Of a stretch of 64,000 nt of DNA, positions 25,243-38,710 are shown piece by piece; position 1 is the first letter of the stretch, and each line of letters starts with the position of its first letter. The translations under genes and the position numbers were made by a program. Location of the stretch: assembly GCF_001194135.2 (NCBI RefSeq), contig NC_068993.1, forward strand, positions 60,696,804 to 60,760,803. Direction: 5' to 3'. The stretch is from Octopus bimaculoides (Eukaryota). The notes under the pieces were generated by a model that ran no database searches, was not told the origin of the DNA, and saw only the letters and a program-made list of their open reading frames with translations.

Positions 25243-26000
25243 GAAAGATATATATATATATATATATAGATATATAGATATATGTATGTATATATGTATA
25301 TATGTATATATGTATACAAATTTATAAAGCCTATTTTTCGATAAATCGACTCTATATAAACATGTTTTATTCAGGATATTTATTTATATAGTTTTGAATA
25401 GTGGAATTAACGAAAAAAAAAGAAAGCTAAAACTTAATTCATTGGATAATAATACTGAAAATAAATACGAAAAATCCATACACAAACATACACGCGTATG
25501 CACCCATGCGTGTGTACAGACGTATAGATAACCGCTATCAGCACATGTTTGTACATAACCTCAAACATACACACACACACTATATGAGCATTTCATTATG
25601 TTTTCATTTCAATAGATTATTTTTTTAACGTATTTGCTTGCATTTTCCTTTGTGTTATCAGTTTAATTTTTATAGTTGTTTTAATTTGATTTTTCCTCTT
25701 TTGCTTACGAGATTTTATAGCTTATTCTCATGTAATCAGTGTGATTGTTAAATTGAAAATGGTTATAAAACTTAAATAATAAAGTTTTATTTATGTTCGC
25801 GGTAACACAAACGTTAATGATACTATTAAATAGCAGTTAAAACAATCATGAGATAGCTATTATGTTATAGATCTTGATTGCTTTCATATGATATATTTTC
25901 TCCTATAAATTATTTAGAGGGCCCGGAACAAGCGGATCAATGGGAATGGTCACAAGAGACGTTGTGCACTTTATATTCTTTCTGTGTATTTGTGTGTCTG

Positions 26001-26067
<67 letters not shown>

Positions 26068-26099
26068 GCGTGTTTGTGACTGGTTGTTACTGTTTAGCT

Positions 26100-26290
26100 T
26101 TCTGTCAACTCTGATTGAGAAAATCTAAAATCAAAGGCATTCCATGCGTGGCGATCACTGTTTAAGTGGCATATAACTATCCTCGCTGTGTTCTGCCCTG
26201 ATTTGAGGTGGTAGATAAAGTGTGATTTTGAGGTGTATTTAGCTATTATTTCTGCAAGATCGAACAACGATCTAGAGGTTCCTATGTTGG
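26100..26290 (+). mobile_element. Short dispersed repeat, family D
   Basis: TCAAAGGCATTCCA...GTATTTAGCTATTATTTCTGCAAGATCGAACAACGATCTAGAGGTTCC; homologous blocks at 10690, 42950 and 47020. Confidence 0.65.
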
Positions 26291-26552
26291 TTTGTAACAG
26301 TTAAGCAACGATCTAGAGGTTCCTATGTTGGTTTGTAACAGTTAAGCAACGATCTAGAGGTTCCTATGTTGGTTCGTAAGAGTTAAGCAACGATCTAGAG
26401 GTTCCTATGTTGGTTCGTAACAGTTAAGCAACGATCTAGAGGTTCCTATGTTGGTTCGTTACGGTTAAGCAACGATCTAGAGGTTCCTATGTTGGTTCGT
26501 AACAGTTAAGCAACGATCTAGAGGTTCCTATGTTGGTTTGTAACGGTTAAGC
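26266..26552 (+). repeat. 41-bp tandem array, 7 near-identical copies
   Basis: Unit AACGATCTAGAGGTTCCTATGTTGGTT(T/C)GTAAC(A/G)GTTAAGC starts at 26266, 26307, 26348, 26389, 26430, 26471 and 26512; no spacers. Confidence 0.97.
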
Positions 26553-27059
26553 CAATAGAAGGGGAAGCTATCCATGAAATTCATTGGGAACAGAATATTA
26601 TCGACAAATTGGCGTATCTATAAAGATAATCACGTGTCTTCTGCGAAAATAAGAATCGTATAAATATCATATATTCTACTTCATCCATTCCATGAACAGA
26701 TTATGCAGTTTGTCAGCAATAAATTAAACAAAATGATACTCATATTTAATTCATCTATAATGTCAACACTATCGTTTGAGACGAGTGAATACTTTTGGAT
26801 GTCAATGTATTAATAATGGTTTCTTAACCTGGCAGAAGATGATTAGATAACCTCTTCCAATGGACACGATCGACTAAACTGAACCCTCCTCTACCTGCCT
26901 GGTATTTATTCCCAGAAAATATGACGTTCAAAGTTGATTTTTGGGTAATTGAGTTTGAACTCCATCCATTTATTCATTTTGCCGACCACTATTCCTGGAG
27001 CGAGGGCTGAGAGGAAGTCCTCAAGCACAGGGCTCTATCAGAAACAGCTGCCATTAGAC

Positions 27060-27094
<35 letters not shown>

Positions 27095-27450
27095 NNNNNN
27101 NNNNNNNNNNNNNNNNNNNNNNNNNNNNNNNNNNNNNNNNNNNNNNNNNNNNNNNNNNNNNNNNNNNNNNNNNNNNNNNNNNNNNNNNNNNNNNNNNNNN
27201 NNNNNNNNNNNNNNNNNNNNNNNNNNNNNNNNNNNNNNNNNNNNNNNNNNNNNNNNNNNNNNNNNNNNNNNNNNNNNNNNNNNNNNNNNNNNNNNNNNNN
27301 NNNNNNNNNNNNNNNNNNNNNNNNNNNNNNNNNNNNNNNNNNNNNNNNNNNNNNNNNNNNNNNNNNNNNNNNNNNNNNNNNNNNNNNNNNNNNNNNNNNN
27401 NNNNNNNNNNNNNNNNNNNNNNNNNNNNNNNNNNNNNNNNNNNNNNNNNN

Positions 27451-27488
<38 letters not shown>

Positions 27489-27523
27489 CTACGCTTATGC
27501 AGCTATGCTCTATGATCTCGTTT

Positions 27524-27555
<32 letters not shown>

Positions 27556-27822
27556 CGTGTATATATACATGTTTTATGTTTCTATATCTATGTCATGTAC
27601 TTTCAAGCCATTTATGTCTTCTTTGTCATTTGTGAATCTCATCTTTTAACTCAAACTAAATCTCCGACAGCTCCTCGTTTCTTTATATTCTTTTGTGTTT
27701 TAACTTTCTACTGTCTCCAACATCTTCGGTTCTCCAGGCAAATAAAAGAAAACATTAGTATTTTAATTCCTATTGTTGTCTTGTTGTCATCGTCGTCATT
27801 ATCATCATCATCATTATCATTG

Positions 27823-27853
<31 letters not shown>

Positions 27854-27879
27854 TATTACACTGGTGCATGGTAATTTAA

Positions 27880-28550
27880 TTAGCAGGAATTCTGTTGTCA
27901 GGGAACAGCGCTGACAACAGGTCTCCTCAGTTCTTTGACTAGATCCTGATATTTCCAAATTGCTAAATTTCTTTGGTATTGACTCTTCTGTCATAGCGAA
28001 TTGCAAAACCTATGATCTTAGACTGTTTGTTTATTTTGTCTTCTATAATCATGCTTGGTCATTTTGCTTCAATAGTACTGTCGGTCTTTATGGGAAATCC
28101 TACAAGATCTTGTAATTCTCATCTTCTATCACAGTTTTTATTTCATGTTCGCACCACACTGTTCTTTTCAAGTCACACACTTTGCTAACACTTCAATGCA
28201 ATCTTTTGCCTACACGGTCACGTCTGCGCTTATACTCCTTTTGTGTTAGCATACTGTAATTGTTCAAAAGACGATTGATACTTCTGTCTCCTTTCCTGCC
28301 GATTCTACATTTACAGTCTGACTCAGTTTTGTCGATCTTTGCCTTGATCAGATTTGTTCTAAAGACTTGTGCCTCGGCAGCTACAAGAAACATTTCTGTC
28401 TCTCGATTCAAGTTCCTGTCTCTTAATCATAGCCAGCTATCTTTACTTTCAAAATTCTTGATTTCTCATTATTATCATCATATAACTGTTCAATATTTGG
28501 TAGTTTGAGGCAAATTTCTATTGCATCACCTGCCACGCCTTTGTGTTGCT
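27880..28550 (-). mobile_element. R4/Dong-clade non-LTR retrotransposon fragment (zinc finger and restriction-like endonuclease region)
   Basis: ETEMFLVAAEAQVFRTNLIKAKIDKTESDCKCRIG...LTQKEYKRRRDRVGKRLH, then YKILWDFPIKTD; matches the R4-type ETE..AAQEQ..RTN..K.KID..CR.C and EYKRRHD..IHW / ILWDF.I.TD motifs. Confidence 0.88.
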
Positions 28551-28559
28551 GGGGTGTCA

Positions 28560-28985
28560 CCAGCATCGTGTGTTCTTTTCTGCTGTGGGAAATGTTAAAA
28601 TTCTTCCCATACTGTATTGTGTTCGTTTTGTTTTGTTTTGTTTTTTTCTCTTGAAGTGTAGTGCAATCTTTTGTTGTTTTACTGCTTGTATTATGTGTTG
28701 ATTGTTTAATGGTTTGGCGTTCTGGATTGCTGGTGGAAGTTTATTTCTCTGGTAAATACTGTATAGAGCGTGTCTTGTATTTGTAGGTCGTTTTGTTTAG
28801 GCTGCATTATTGGATTGATAATGTCTTGCATAGGATGTGGGTTGTTCCTAGTAGGGCTATTTTTCAGCAGTGTGTCGTGTTGAGGATCCAGGTATAGCTT
28901 CTACGATTTTGTTCATATGTTCTTCCATCATGCCCAATGCTCCGACTATTATTGATATTATTTTTACCTTCATTCCCCACATTTT
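28560..28985 (-). mobile_element. R4/Dong-clade 3-prime end (ORF terminus plus 3-prime UTR)
   Basis: KMWGMKVKIISIIVGALGMM ... IALLGTTHILCKTLSIQ-stop, the same terminus type as 48359-48496. Confidence 0.82.
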
Positions 28986-28987
28986 GA

Positions 28988-29047
<60 letters not shown>

Positions 29048-29442
29048 GAGTGAGAGAGCTGCGCATGCCATCAAAGTGACATTGGGGCACAAATATATGA
29101 AGCCCAATATACCCATTATGACTACCAGTCTCATAAGGCTATCATTACTGAGCGAAGGAGCGGCGCGTGCCCATGTTTATTATTATTATTGTTATCGTTG
29201 TGGTTGTTGTTGAGTAAGAGAGCTGTGTATGCCATCAAAATGACACTGGGGTAAAATATACGCAGCCCATTAAACCCATCACGACTACCCGTTTGATAAT
29301 GGTACACCAGGCGCATGCATCACAACCATATGTGCACGACATGCTGATCTCATATCAAGATAAACAGCGCATGACCTCGCAGGGGCAGCCCAGTTAGAAT
29401 TTTCTTCAGGTCTAGTAGCCCATCCCGCTCAAAAGGTCCCTG
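29048..29442 (-). mobile_element. Two copies of a non-LTR 3-prime UTR ending in (AAT)n
   Basis: 29048-29140 and 29208-29442 are reverse complements of 48950-49078 (TTGGGCTTCGTATATT...CCCCAG.GTCACTTTGATGGCATGCA...CACTCAATAATAAT). Confidence 0.75.
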
Positions 29443-30464
29443 AATATTATTTGTATTATTATTGTTGTTGTTGTTTCATGCCTATTTCCTCTATCCATCT
29501 GTCCAGACCTAATGCACATATAACCACAGAAACCGAGGTCAGCTTTGCCTTTTATCTTTGAAATATCGATAAAATAGGTTTGGCTGAGCAGTGGCGTCGA
29601 CGTCATTGACCAGCGTCTTCCATAAAAACACCAGGCCTTGTGCTTATATTAGAAAGGATTATTATTATTTTTAAAAAATCATTTTTAAGACACGATTAAA
29701 ACTTTCTCTACTATAAGATTTGACGTTAATTCTTGAGAAGAGTTTCGGTATTAATGTCCAAAGTGTAGCTAATCTTATGTACTGATTCTTTCCTTCGATA
29801 CACATCTGCATTAGTTCCAAGAGTGCCAAGATGCTCTGAAGCTATGATTTATTATAAAACTTATATTTATCATCCGGAGAGATTTATCGCATATATAGCA
29901 CAATCGGACACACAGACAAACAAATATATACAAACATACACAGAAACAATACACACGTTTAGGCACAAAAGCACACGTATACATAGAGCTACATAGAGAT
30001 ATGGAATATGCCGCGCTATGCGGTGTGGAAAGAGAAAGTTTAACTCTTCTGATACAATCGTTCATTGATTTCTATGTTTTTCAAAGACTGGTGCCGGACG
30101 CATCCTTTTTCTCACAGTTTTCGTGCTGATGCACACACACACACACGCGCACGGACGCGCACATACACACACGCACACATGCACGCGCGCACACACATAC
30201 ACACACACGCACGCGTCGCGAACACACACACAAACACACGCACGCACGCATGCACACAAACGCACATATACACACACGCACATATGTACACTATAATTGC
30301 GCATACAGACTCACTATATGTACATATATACATACATGCATAGGTACATACGTACATACATACATACATACATACATAAATACATACATAAATACATAGA
30401 CACACATACACGTATAGACATCTAAAGAAACAAACAGACATACATTCGTAAATTTATGGATAGA

Positions 30465-30687
30465 TAGATAGAGAGAGAGAGAGACAGAGAGACAGAGAGA
30501 CAGAGAGACAGAGGAAGAGACAGATAGACAGACAGACTGACTGACTGACAGACAGGCAGGCAGGCAGACAGACAGCTAGCTAGCTAGCTAGCTAGACAGA
30601 CAGATAAANNNNNNNNNNAGACAGACAGCTAGCTAGCTAGCTAGCTAGCTAGCTAGCTAGACAGACAGATAAACAGACAGACACATC

Positions 30688-30736
<49 letters not shown>

Positions 30737-30782
30737 GTAGGTAGGTAGGTAGGTAGGTAGGTAGGTAGGTAGGTAGGTAGTA
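30465..30782 (+). repeat. Compound GATA/GA/GACA/GCTA/GGTA tract with 10-N gap
   Basis: Directly visible. Confidence 0.95.
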
Positions 30783-31741
30783 GTACAAACTGTTATGGAC
30801 AAGACTATGTTACTCAGAGTTTTCTGCCAAATTTAGCACTGCATTAAACATTTGTTGGATAATATATTTGATCAATTCTTGTTGAAATATTGCAAAACAA
30901 AAAAAAAAAAAATCCTTCGGCTTGAGTTGATCAACTATATTGTCTATGAATGGTTAATTAATCGCCTAATTGGGCAGGAATGTTTAAGTAACGATGCGTA
31001 ATAAAACATCGTTTGCATATATGTGTATGCATGAGTGTGTGTATACATGTAAACACACACACTCACACATACACACACACACAAATACATACACGCATAC
31101 AGAGAGAGAGAGAGACAGAGGGAGAGGGGGAAAGAGAGAGCCAGAGGGCAAGAACACATACAGAGTACTCTACTTTTGTACACTTGATACGCATCTTTAC
31201 CAGAGATACCCGGCGTTGCACTGCTTAAAGATATGGTTTTCTTTTTTATCTCTTTGATTAATATTACATTTTTTGTAATGTGCAAAAATAGATGTTCTAC
31301 ACGCCATGATATATAAAGTTTTTCAGACTTTGCTTATTAATAATTTTAATTTTGCAACTTAAGATAATGCTATTTTAATGTTTTATTCTCTACATTTTCT
31401 TGTTATTCTAAAAAATATTGACAGAGAAAAGAAGAATTCTTACATAAATATGTTTTATTAAGCAGGAGCTTTGAGAGTTACATTTCAATCCAGCGATTTC
31501 ATAATTTCCTGAAAAGATGTCACCTTGCCCCATTACCTGAGATATTATTACAGATCTGACTGAGAGGGAAACATGGACGCACTGGACTAACCCTGAGAGA
31601 TACGGAAGATCATTGAAGATAACCGTGTCACTAGAAACTATATGTTTTTGAGTCACTGTGCACTCATTCAATCTGATCATCATGGCTTACCTCATAACCA
31701 CTATCTACCGTAAACCCTTGCGGATATAACCCGCAAAACTC

Positions 31742-31930
31742 AAAGGCGGTGACCTGGCAGAGTCGTTAGCACGCAGATAAAATGCTGATCGACGTTTCTT
31801 CTTGCTTCTTACGTATCGAGTACAAACACCGCCGAGGTCGACTTTGCCTGTCATCCTTTCGCCATCGATGAAATAAGTATCAGCTGAGTCCTGGGGTCGA
31901 TGTTATCGACTAGCCCCTTACCCCCAACAC
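31742..31930 (+). mobile_element. SINE family C
   Basis: AAAGGCGGTGACCTGGCAGAGTCGTTAGCACG...CGCCGAGGTCGACTTTGCCTGTCATCCTTTCG...CGATGAAATAAGTATCAG...GGGGTCGATG. Confidence 0.88.
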
Positions 31931-32138
31931 TTTGTCGGACTGTTGTAACACCCACTCCGCTATAACAGTATAGTTAGTTAGACAAGTAAGACAACGACTA
32001 TCTATGACCGTCTACATTGTACTCTCTACTTTATACTGACACTGACTGACAGTATTTATAATAACTAGCACATACAACTCGTTATGTGGGAAGGGTCTTC
32101 TATTATTACGATTATCCCCATAACAAATTGGTGTCTAA

Positions 32139-32350
32139 AAGGCGGCGAGCTGGCAGAATCGTTGCTGCGCCTGGCAAAATGCTTGGCGACATTTAATCTG
32201 ATATTAAGTTGAAATGCCGCCGGAGTCGACTTTACCTTTCAACCTTTCGGAGTCGATAAAATAAGTAGCTGTTAAGCACTGGGATTCGATGTCATCGACT
32301 TGCACCCACGCCCAAAATTGCTGGACTAGTGCCAAAATTTGAAATCAATA
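32139..32350 (+). mobile_element. SINE family C
   Basis: AAGGCGGCGAGCTGGCAGAATCGTT...GTCGACTTTACCTTTCAACCTTTCGGAGTCGATAAAATAAGTAG. Confidence 0.88.
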
Positions 32351-33077
32351 CATATGCCGTTTATGTTCTTAATTATCTGCCAGAGAACGTCCGAAAACTA
32401 GATACCAACTTCTAAGCATTGTCCAAGCCAAATTTGGTTACCTATGAAGAAAAGCAAACAATACCAAAACAACCCATCCCCACAAATGAAGGATAGCCTA
32501 GAATAACGAAACTAGATAAAGGAAACTCACAATCGAGTATGACAGACGTGCATTCCCATCATCAGCTGCCCAACCAGATATCACTATGGTTTCGACACTA
32601 CATTTTAATCCAGCAGTGTCCATCGCATTAGAAATATAAACGCTGCCTCAGAATCCACCAAATTATTACTAAAAGTAAATACATCAGATTAAACAAATCA
32701 TGATAACTTAAAGCTACAAAATTGTATCAGTAACAAAGCACTAATTCCAAAAAGGTCATTCAAACAATAACAACAAACATACACTACGAGACACTTTGCT
32801 TATTGGTTGAATTTGAGCTAAACTTCCCGCCAAGGGCCTTTGTAACGTCAGCATCAGTAGCAGCAGTTATGTGCTGATGTGTTTGTCGCGCTGAAATTTT
32901 GACAGTTCTGTTCTGTTTTTTTTTTATGTCAGTGAAATGTCTGGGAAACGTTGGATACGGACTTAAAAACTGTTTTGTTTCAAGCCAACTGTATAATGTC
33001 AATAGGAAAAATATGAAGAATCGCAAAGGAAACCGTTAAAACTTGAGCGTGTATTTAATGAAGCATATATATGTGTG

Positions 33078-33116
<39 letters not shown>

Positions 33117-33728
33117 ACTTGTGTTTACGTATATGCATACATATGTATAAATATAAATGTCGATATTTATATATAAATTTATACATATATATANNNNNNN
33201 NNNNNNNNNNNNNNNNNNNNNNNNNNNNNNNNNNNNNNNNNNNNNNNNNNNNNNNNNNNNNNNNNNNNNNNNNNNNNNNNNNNNNNNNNNNNNNNNNNNN
33301 NNNNNNNNNNNNNNNNNNNNNNNNNNNNNNNNNNNNNNNNNNNNNNNNNNNNNNNNNNNATATATATATACGCACATGATGTGTGTGCGTGAGCGTGAGT
33401 GTATGTATATGGAAAACGAAAGGGGAACGTAACACGAGAGAATGCACTAGATATATTTCTATCTCCTTCACTTTTCCTGAATCAAGATAAAACAGGGTGG
33501 TAGAGAGAGAAAGAGAAAGACAGAGAGAGAGAGACAGAGACAGAGAGAGAGAAAGAGAGGTGAGGAGTAACTGGATGAGAAAATGGTCGAATTTATGGAT
33601 GAATAATCGTTGCAGTTAGTCTTACATTTTTACTTGATGTAAGATAAGCAAAAGTACGAATACAGGTGAGTGAATATCGACTCCACATCACTGACTCTAA
33701 ACTCCATGCACTCTTTCAGTCTCTCTTT

Positions 33729-33767
<39 letters not shown>

Positions 33768-34273
33768 GCTGTTCCTGTCCTTATTTCATATACTCTCTTT
33801 CTATATATATATATATATCATCGTCTTCGTTATTCTCTATCACAACACATCACATAAAAACTACGCTTACATTTGCTATAGTCAATAAACCATCATTTTC
33901 TTCCTTCTTTCCAAATCCAGTTTCTCCAGTCGCCTTGCTCCTAAGAACGTCTTAGCTTATTTCCTACTCTAACTGCTCCTCTACATCTCTCGCTCTCTAC
34001 ACCTTCTTTCTCTCCCTCACACACAATCTCTACGTCGCTTTATCTATCTCTCTATATCTCTGTCTCTCATTCTTTCTCATGCAGACGTTGTCAAGACATG
34101 CATATAACCATATAATCACATCCACGTGCATGCTGATACAATCATAAACGACATACATCATGTGTTGACATAAACACTTTCACAAACTCTCTAACAAAAC
34201 AATATGCTTCGAGAACCAGTTCCAAAAACGAATGGTTTTACACCCTCTCAACGTCAGCAATATATATACATAT

Positions 34274-34557
34274 GTGCGTGGCCCAGTGGTTAGGATGTTA
34301 CACTCCCGATCGCTAGGTCGTCGATTCGAATCCCGCGGTTGTGTGTTGTATCCATGAGCAAAACACTTCATTTCACGTTGCCCCAGTCCACTCAGCTGTA
34401 AATGGCTGACCCTGTGACAGACTCGTCCTTCGATCAGTACCAATGTTTTGACTTGCTCGCCTGGCCAGTGGGTAGCATCGTTCGACTGCTAGAAACAATG
34501 CAAAAGCGTATTGTGTCCGGCGATGTATAACCTACGATAGTCCGGATGGTCACGTGA
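34274..34557 (+). mobile_element. CORE-type SINE (family B head, different 3-prime tail)
   Basis: GCGTGGCCCAGTGGTTAGG...GATTCGAATCCC...TCCATGAGCAAAACACTTCATTTCACGTTGCCCCAGTCCACTCAGCTGTAAATG; tail ends GGATGGTCACGTGAT. Confidence 0.82.
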
Positions 34558-36559
34558 TCATATATATATATATATCCATATATATTCACTCGTTTATTAC
34601 TGTTCTTATTCTAACACATGTCCATTGTTCGAAAATCTTCCGTCACACATCTGTGACTGCTTCAGCGGAACCTATGTCGCTTTCTTTAATGATTTGTTCT
34701 CATTCCATGTTTTTTTTTTCACTTTTGTTATATAACATGCTCGTGTTATACGCATAAAAAGTACCCACCTCAAAATGTAATGCTTAGTACCATATATTGA
34801 TTATATGCAGTGATTTATTTCCTTGTAGTACTTACATGATTATGTCCAGGTCTTTATGTACAGAAGATTCATTCGAACAGTCATGTTTGATGAACGTTGT
34901 TCTATTAATTTATTGGACGTACGTGTAAATGTAAACGATGGGGGTTAAAATATTTGAAAACTCAATTAAACTTTAGTGTGGTCGTTGTCCATACACTCAA
35001 CCCACCTCAGATAGTGAACAGCCGCTGAAGAATATATTACTAACCACGACGTTTAACCTCCCTCTTTCTCTTTCTCACCCACTCTATCACTTTCTCCCTC
35101 GCTCCCTATTTATCTATCTATCCATCTCATATATATGTGCGCGCGCGTGTGTTTGTCTATGTGTGTCTCTATGGGTGCCTGAATCTGCGCATATATACAT
35201 ATATATGCATGTATATATAAATACACATTTACAGATATGCAGATCTATCAATGTATTTATGTATCTTATGTATACACACACACAGAAATATATGTGTGTG
35301 TGTGTGTGTGTATACATATATATACAAATTTCTGTCTTAAGATGTGTATGTTATCCTTTTTTTCCCAGAGACTTATATACATATGTGTACATATATGTAT
35401 AACAAATGCGAATATATATAAATGTGTTTATTAGTATATACATGTGTGCGCACCCGTTCGTGTGAGGGCGTCTAAATGCATTTGTATTCAAAATATTATC
35501 ACACTACATGTACTATAGACTCCCCTGCCACCCACCACCACCCCACAAAAAATCCACATGCATGCAATGTAGTGCTCAGGTGGACGTGTCGAAAATATGA
35601 ATGATAGAGAATGATTTAGCAACATTGAATATAATGTGAACTTGTTAAGTATTTAAGTTAAACCTTTCATCAAATGTTAGCATAACTGACCCGAGAAAGG
35701 CATCGAAAATTGAAGATCAGGTACAATGCAAATAAATAAAATAAACAACAAATCTAATAAAAGAGTCAAAGAAACGCATTATTAAAAGAATTAGTTGCTA
35801 AGCAAATGTGCAAAACTCGTGAAACCGCGAAAGAAAAACTGCAAACAATATAACGTTTATAGAGAGCTTTGCTTCTATGGGCAGAGTTTCCCTATAAATA
35901 TCATATTACTTGTATGTTCATTTTTACTTGTTTCGGTTTATTTATAATTTCTGTTGCTGTTGTTGTACATTTGTGATGCTGAAGAAAAATATAAAAAACA
36001 AACTTGCCAAAGTAGCCTTCCCTCGAAATGTTAGAAGTTCATGATAAGCCTTAGTTAAAGTAGATTATTCATAGATGTGTGTGCGTGTGTGTGTATGTGC
36101 GTGTACATATATACACACACAGACAAACACATGCATACACACACGCATAAACATATACGTATATATATATGCGCATATATATATACATATGTATATATAC
36201 ATATACATATATATANNNNNNNNNNNNNNNNNNNNNNNNNNNNNNNNNNNNNNNNNNNNNNNNNNNNNNNNNNNNNNNNNNNNNNNNNNNNNNNNNNNNN
36301 NNNNNNNNNNNNNNNNNNNNNNNNNNNNNNNNNNNNNNNNNNNNNNNNNNNNNNNNNNNNNNNNNNNNNNNTATATATATAAAGAGCGAGAGAGAGATAC
36401 ACATATACGGTAGGCATAATATATTTACTGGGTACGTCTAATTGTCTTTTGTTGTTTTACCTGCCTTTTGATCTTCGGTTTCCTTATATAACATATATAT
36501 ATATATATATATACGTGTGTGTGTGTGTATTTACAAGGAAAATTTCCTTGCCAAAATCC

Positions 36560-36611
<52 letters not shown>

Positions 36612-36689
36612 GGTTCTGGTAAGGTTAGGAAAATTACGCCAAATTGCCATATATACAACTAAATATAATAAACGCTCATGCAGAGAAAA

Positions 36690-36912
36690 ATAAAGGTGCC
36701 CATTGATGAACCCCTTTTGGACGAGTACAAATGTTGTATATAAATGTACCGTGCACAGAAACACAGGACCGTACGATCACAGAGGGGCATCGGTTGTTTC
36801 TTTCAAGAATCGTTACTGCAGCTTCAAGAAAATCAATAAGCGACATTCAACATCTTTGGACGATTTTGTGTGGCGACTTAAGGAAGATAAAACTAAGTAT
36901 AACGTAACTTAG
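36690..36912 (+). mobile_element. Penelope-like GIY-YIG endonuclease fragment
   Basis: In-frame CPLMNPFWTSTNVVYKCTV...SFKNRY...KRHSTSLDDFVWRLKEDKTKYNVT matches PLE CPL...VVYK..V and STSLS..VW.LK motifs. Confidence 0.78.
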
Positions 36913-37314
36913 TTACTTTTTCTCGACAAATTGCGTGTTCGTTTCTTTTTTTATGCATCTGTATTTTTTATTTTTTTATTGATCTTCTGTATAAATGAAG
37001 TTATATCCTTTAGTCTTCTGCTTTACATGCACTGAGAAGATACTTTGCAGAACTGTTATTTTAACGAGTTATATCTTGTTATCACCCGAAAAAACACATC
37101 TACACCGTCGAATGCCCCTGAACCAGTTGTTAAGTATCCAACCTATGAGGGATCGATGCATGATGGAGCTAAACAATTGTAGTGATTAATAAAAATCCTC
37201 GTATCTTCTATATTCTGTCTCTCGTTAACCGAATGCACAGCGAATACTGTAAAAGTGAACGTGCTTTGCCAGTAAGCTACCAGTTATAAACCACTCGATC
37301 TGTTACTTAGTATA

Positions 37315-37372
<58 letters not shown>

Positions 37373-37493
37373 TCTGCTTGTACGATGATATTTACCATGC
37401 TCGTGTTCACCTGAACGCAGCAAGATACTTTGCTACGGAACATAGATGACATGTGTGAAAACCTGTCTTTGAGTTATGTACGATGCCATCATA

Positions 37494-37540
37494 TCGTAGG
37501 ACGCACATGTTTCGGCCTCATTACGCTTCATCGGCTTCGA
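37494..37540 (-). ncRNA. Degenerate minimal type I hammerhead ribozyme motif
   Basis: TCGAAG-CCGATGA-AGCGTAATGAGGCC-GAAAC-ATGTGC-GTC-CTACGA: stem I 5 of 6 bp, U4C in the core, stem II two substitutions from GGCC-TAATGA-GGCC. Confidence 0.55.
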
Positions 37541-37706
37541 ACACTAACTCAGTCTTCCGCTGCTTTGTAAAAACGATTGTTTTGTGTATCAGAAAGGCAA
37601 ATAAGACTTTTACTGAGGTATGGATAGTTAGTCAATCTGAAATTAACTGGAGGTGCGCGAAGCAGTCTTCAATGAAATATAGACAGACAGACAGACAGAC
37701 AGACAA

Positions 37707-37757
<51 letters not shown>

Positions 37758-38414
37758 TACACATACTTATAAACACATACATATCTGTGTATGTGTGTGT
37801 GTGCATGCGTGTGTATGTGTCTGTGTCTGTGTAGAAACACACACCTATAAGTGACAGACAGACAAACAAACAAAATTATACATTTCCGCTTAAATGCACG
37901 CGCATAATAGCACAATTCGGTTAATGGCATGCAGAAGCAATTCTTTTTTTCGCTATTTGCATTATATTATCCAAATTATGAACAAAGAGTATTGATGAAA
38001 CGAAGCATATAATTGAACATTTTATTTGATATAAATAAAAAGATTCACTAAGCTTCTGTTTGCCTGATAAGTCTTTTACGGCAGTAGTTAGTACTTCATA
38101 TTTACATACAACTGTTGTCAACTCACTCAAATATAGTCAAGTTATTCACTTCAACGAAGAAAAGCGATTGTTCTTCAGATTTCTATACGATATATGTTAT
38201 GTTTAACTGGACTGTACGTTCCTCCAATAAATATTTCTTCATTATAGATAGTATATGTGCAAAGCAAAAACGGGAAATGGTGCTATTGCCTCAGTGGGTG
38301 GATGGACGCCATTATCTTGTATTCATTAACGATTAGATTAGCCCGTGATTAACGGAAAACATCTTTGGAAAATTTGTGTGATTCTTATTATCAAGGAATA
38401 AACAAAGCATAGAC

Positions 38415-38710
38415 GCAGACGTGGCACCTTGGGCAAGAGTCTTCTATAACAGCCACGAGCCGACCAAATCGTTGTGAGTGGGTTTGGTGGACGAAAACTG
38501 TAAACAGTCCATCGTGTATAATGCGTGTGTGTTTGTGTGTGTATGTGCCTGTCTGTGTGTATGTGCCTGGCTGTTCGGCAAAACAGACCGATAGAATAAG
38601 TACAAGGCTTAAAAGAAGAAACACTGGAACCGATTCATTTGACTAAAAATTCTTTAAGGCGGTTTTCCAGCATCGCCGCAGTCTAATGACGGCAACAAGT
38701 GGAAGATGGA
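38415..38710 (+). mobile_element. SINE family A with internal deletion in the head
   Basis: GTGGCACCTTGGGCAAGAGTCTTCTA...GCCGACCAAATCGTTGTGAGTGG...GATAGAATAAGTAC...AAGGCGGTTTTCCAGCATCGCCGCAGTCTAATGAC. Confidence 0.82.

Noticed and set aside
26266-26552. 41-bp repeat array as a CRISPR
   Set aside because: Units are directly adjacent with no unique spacers, there are no cas genes, and the context is eukaryotic.
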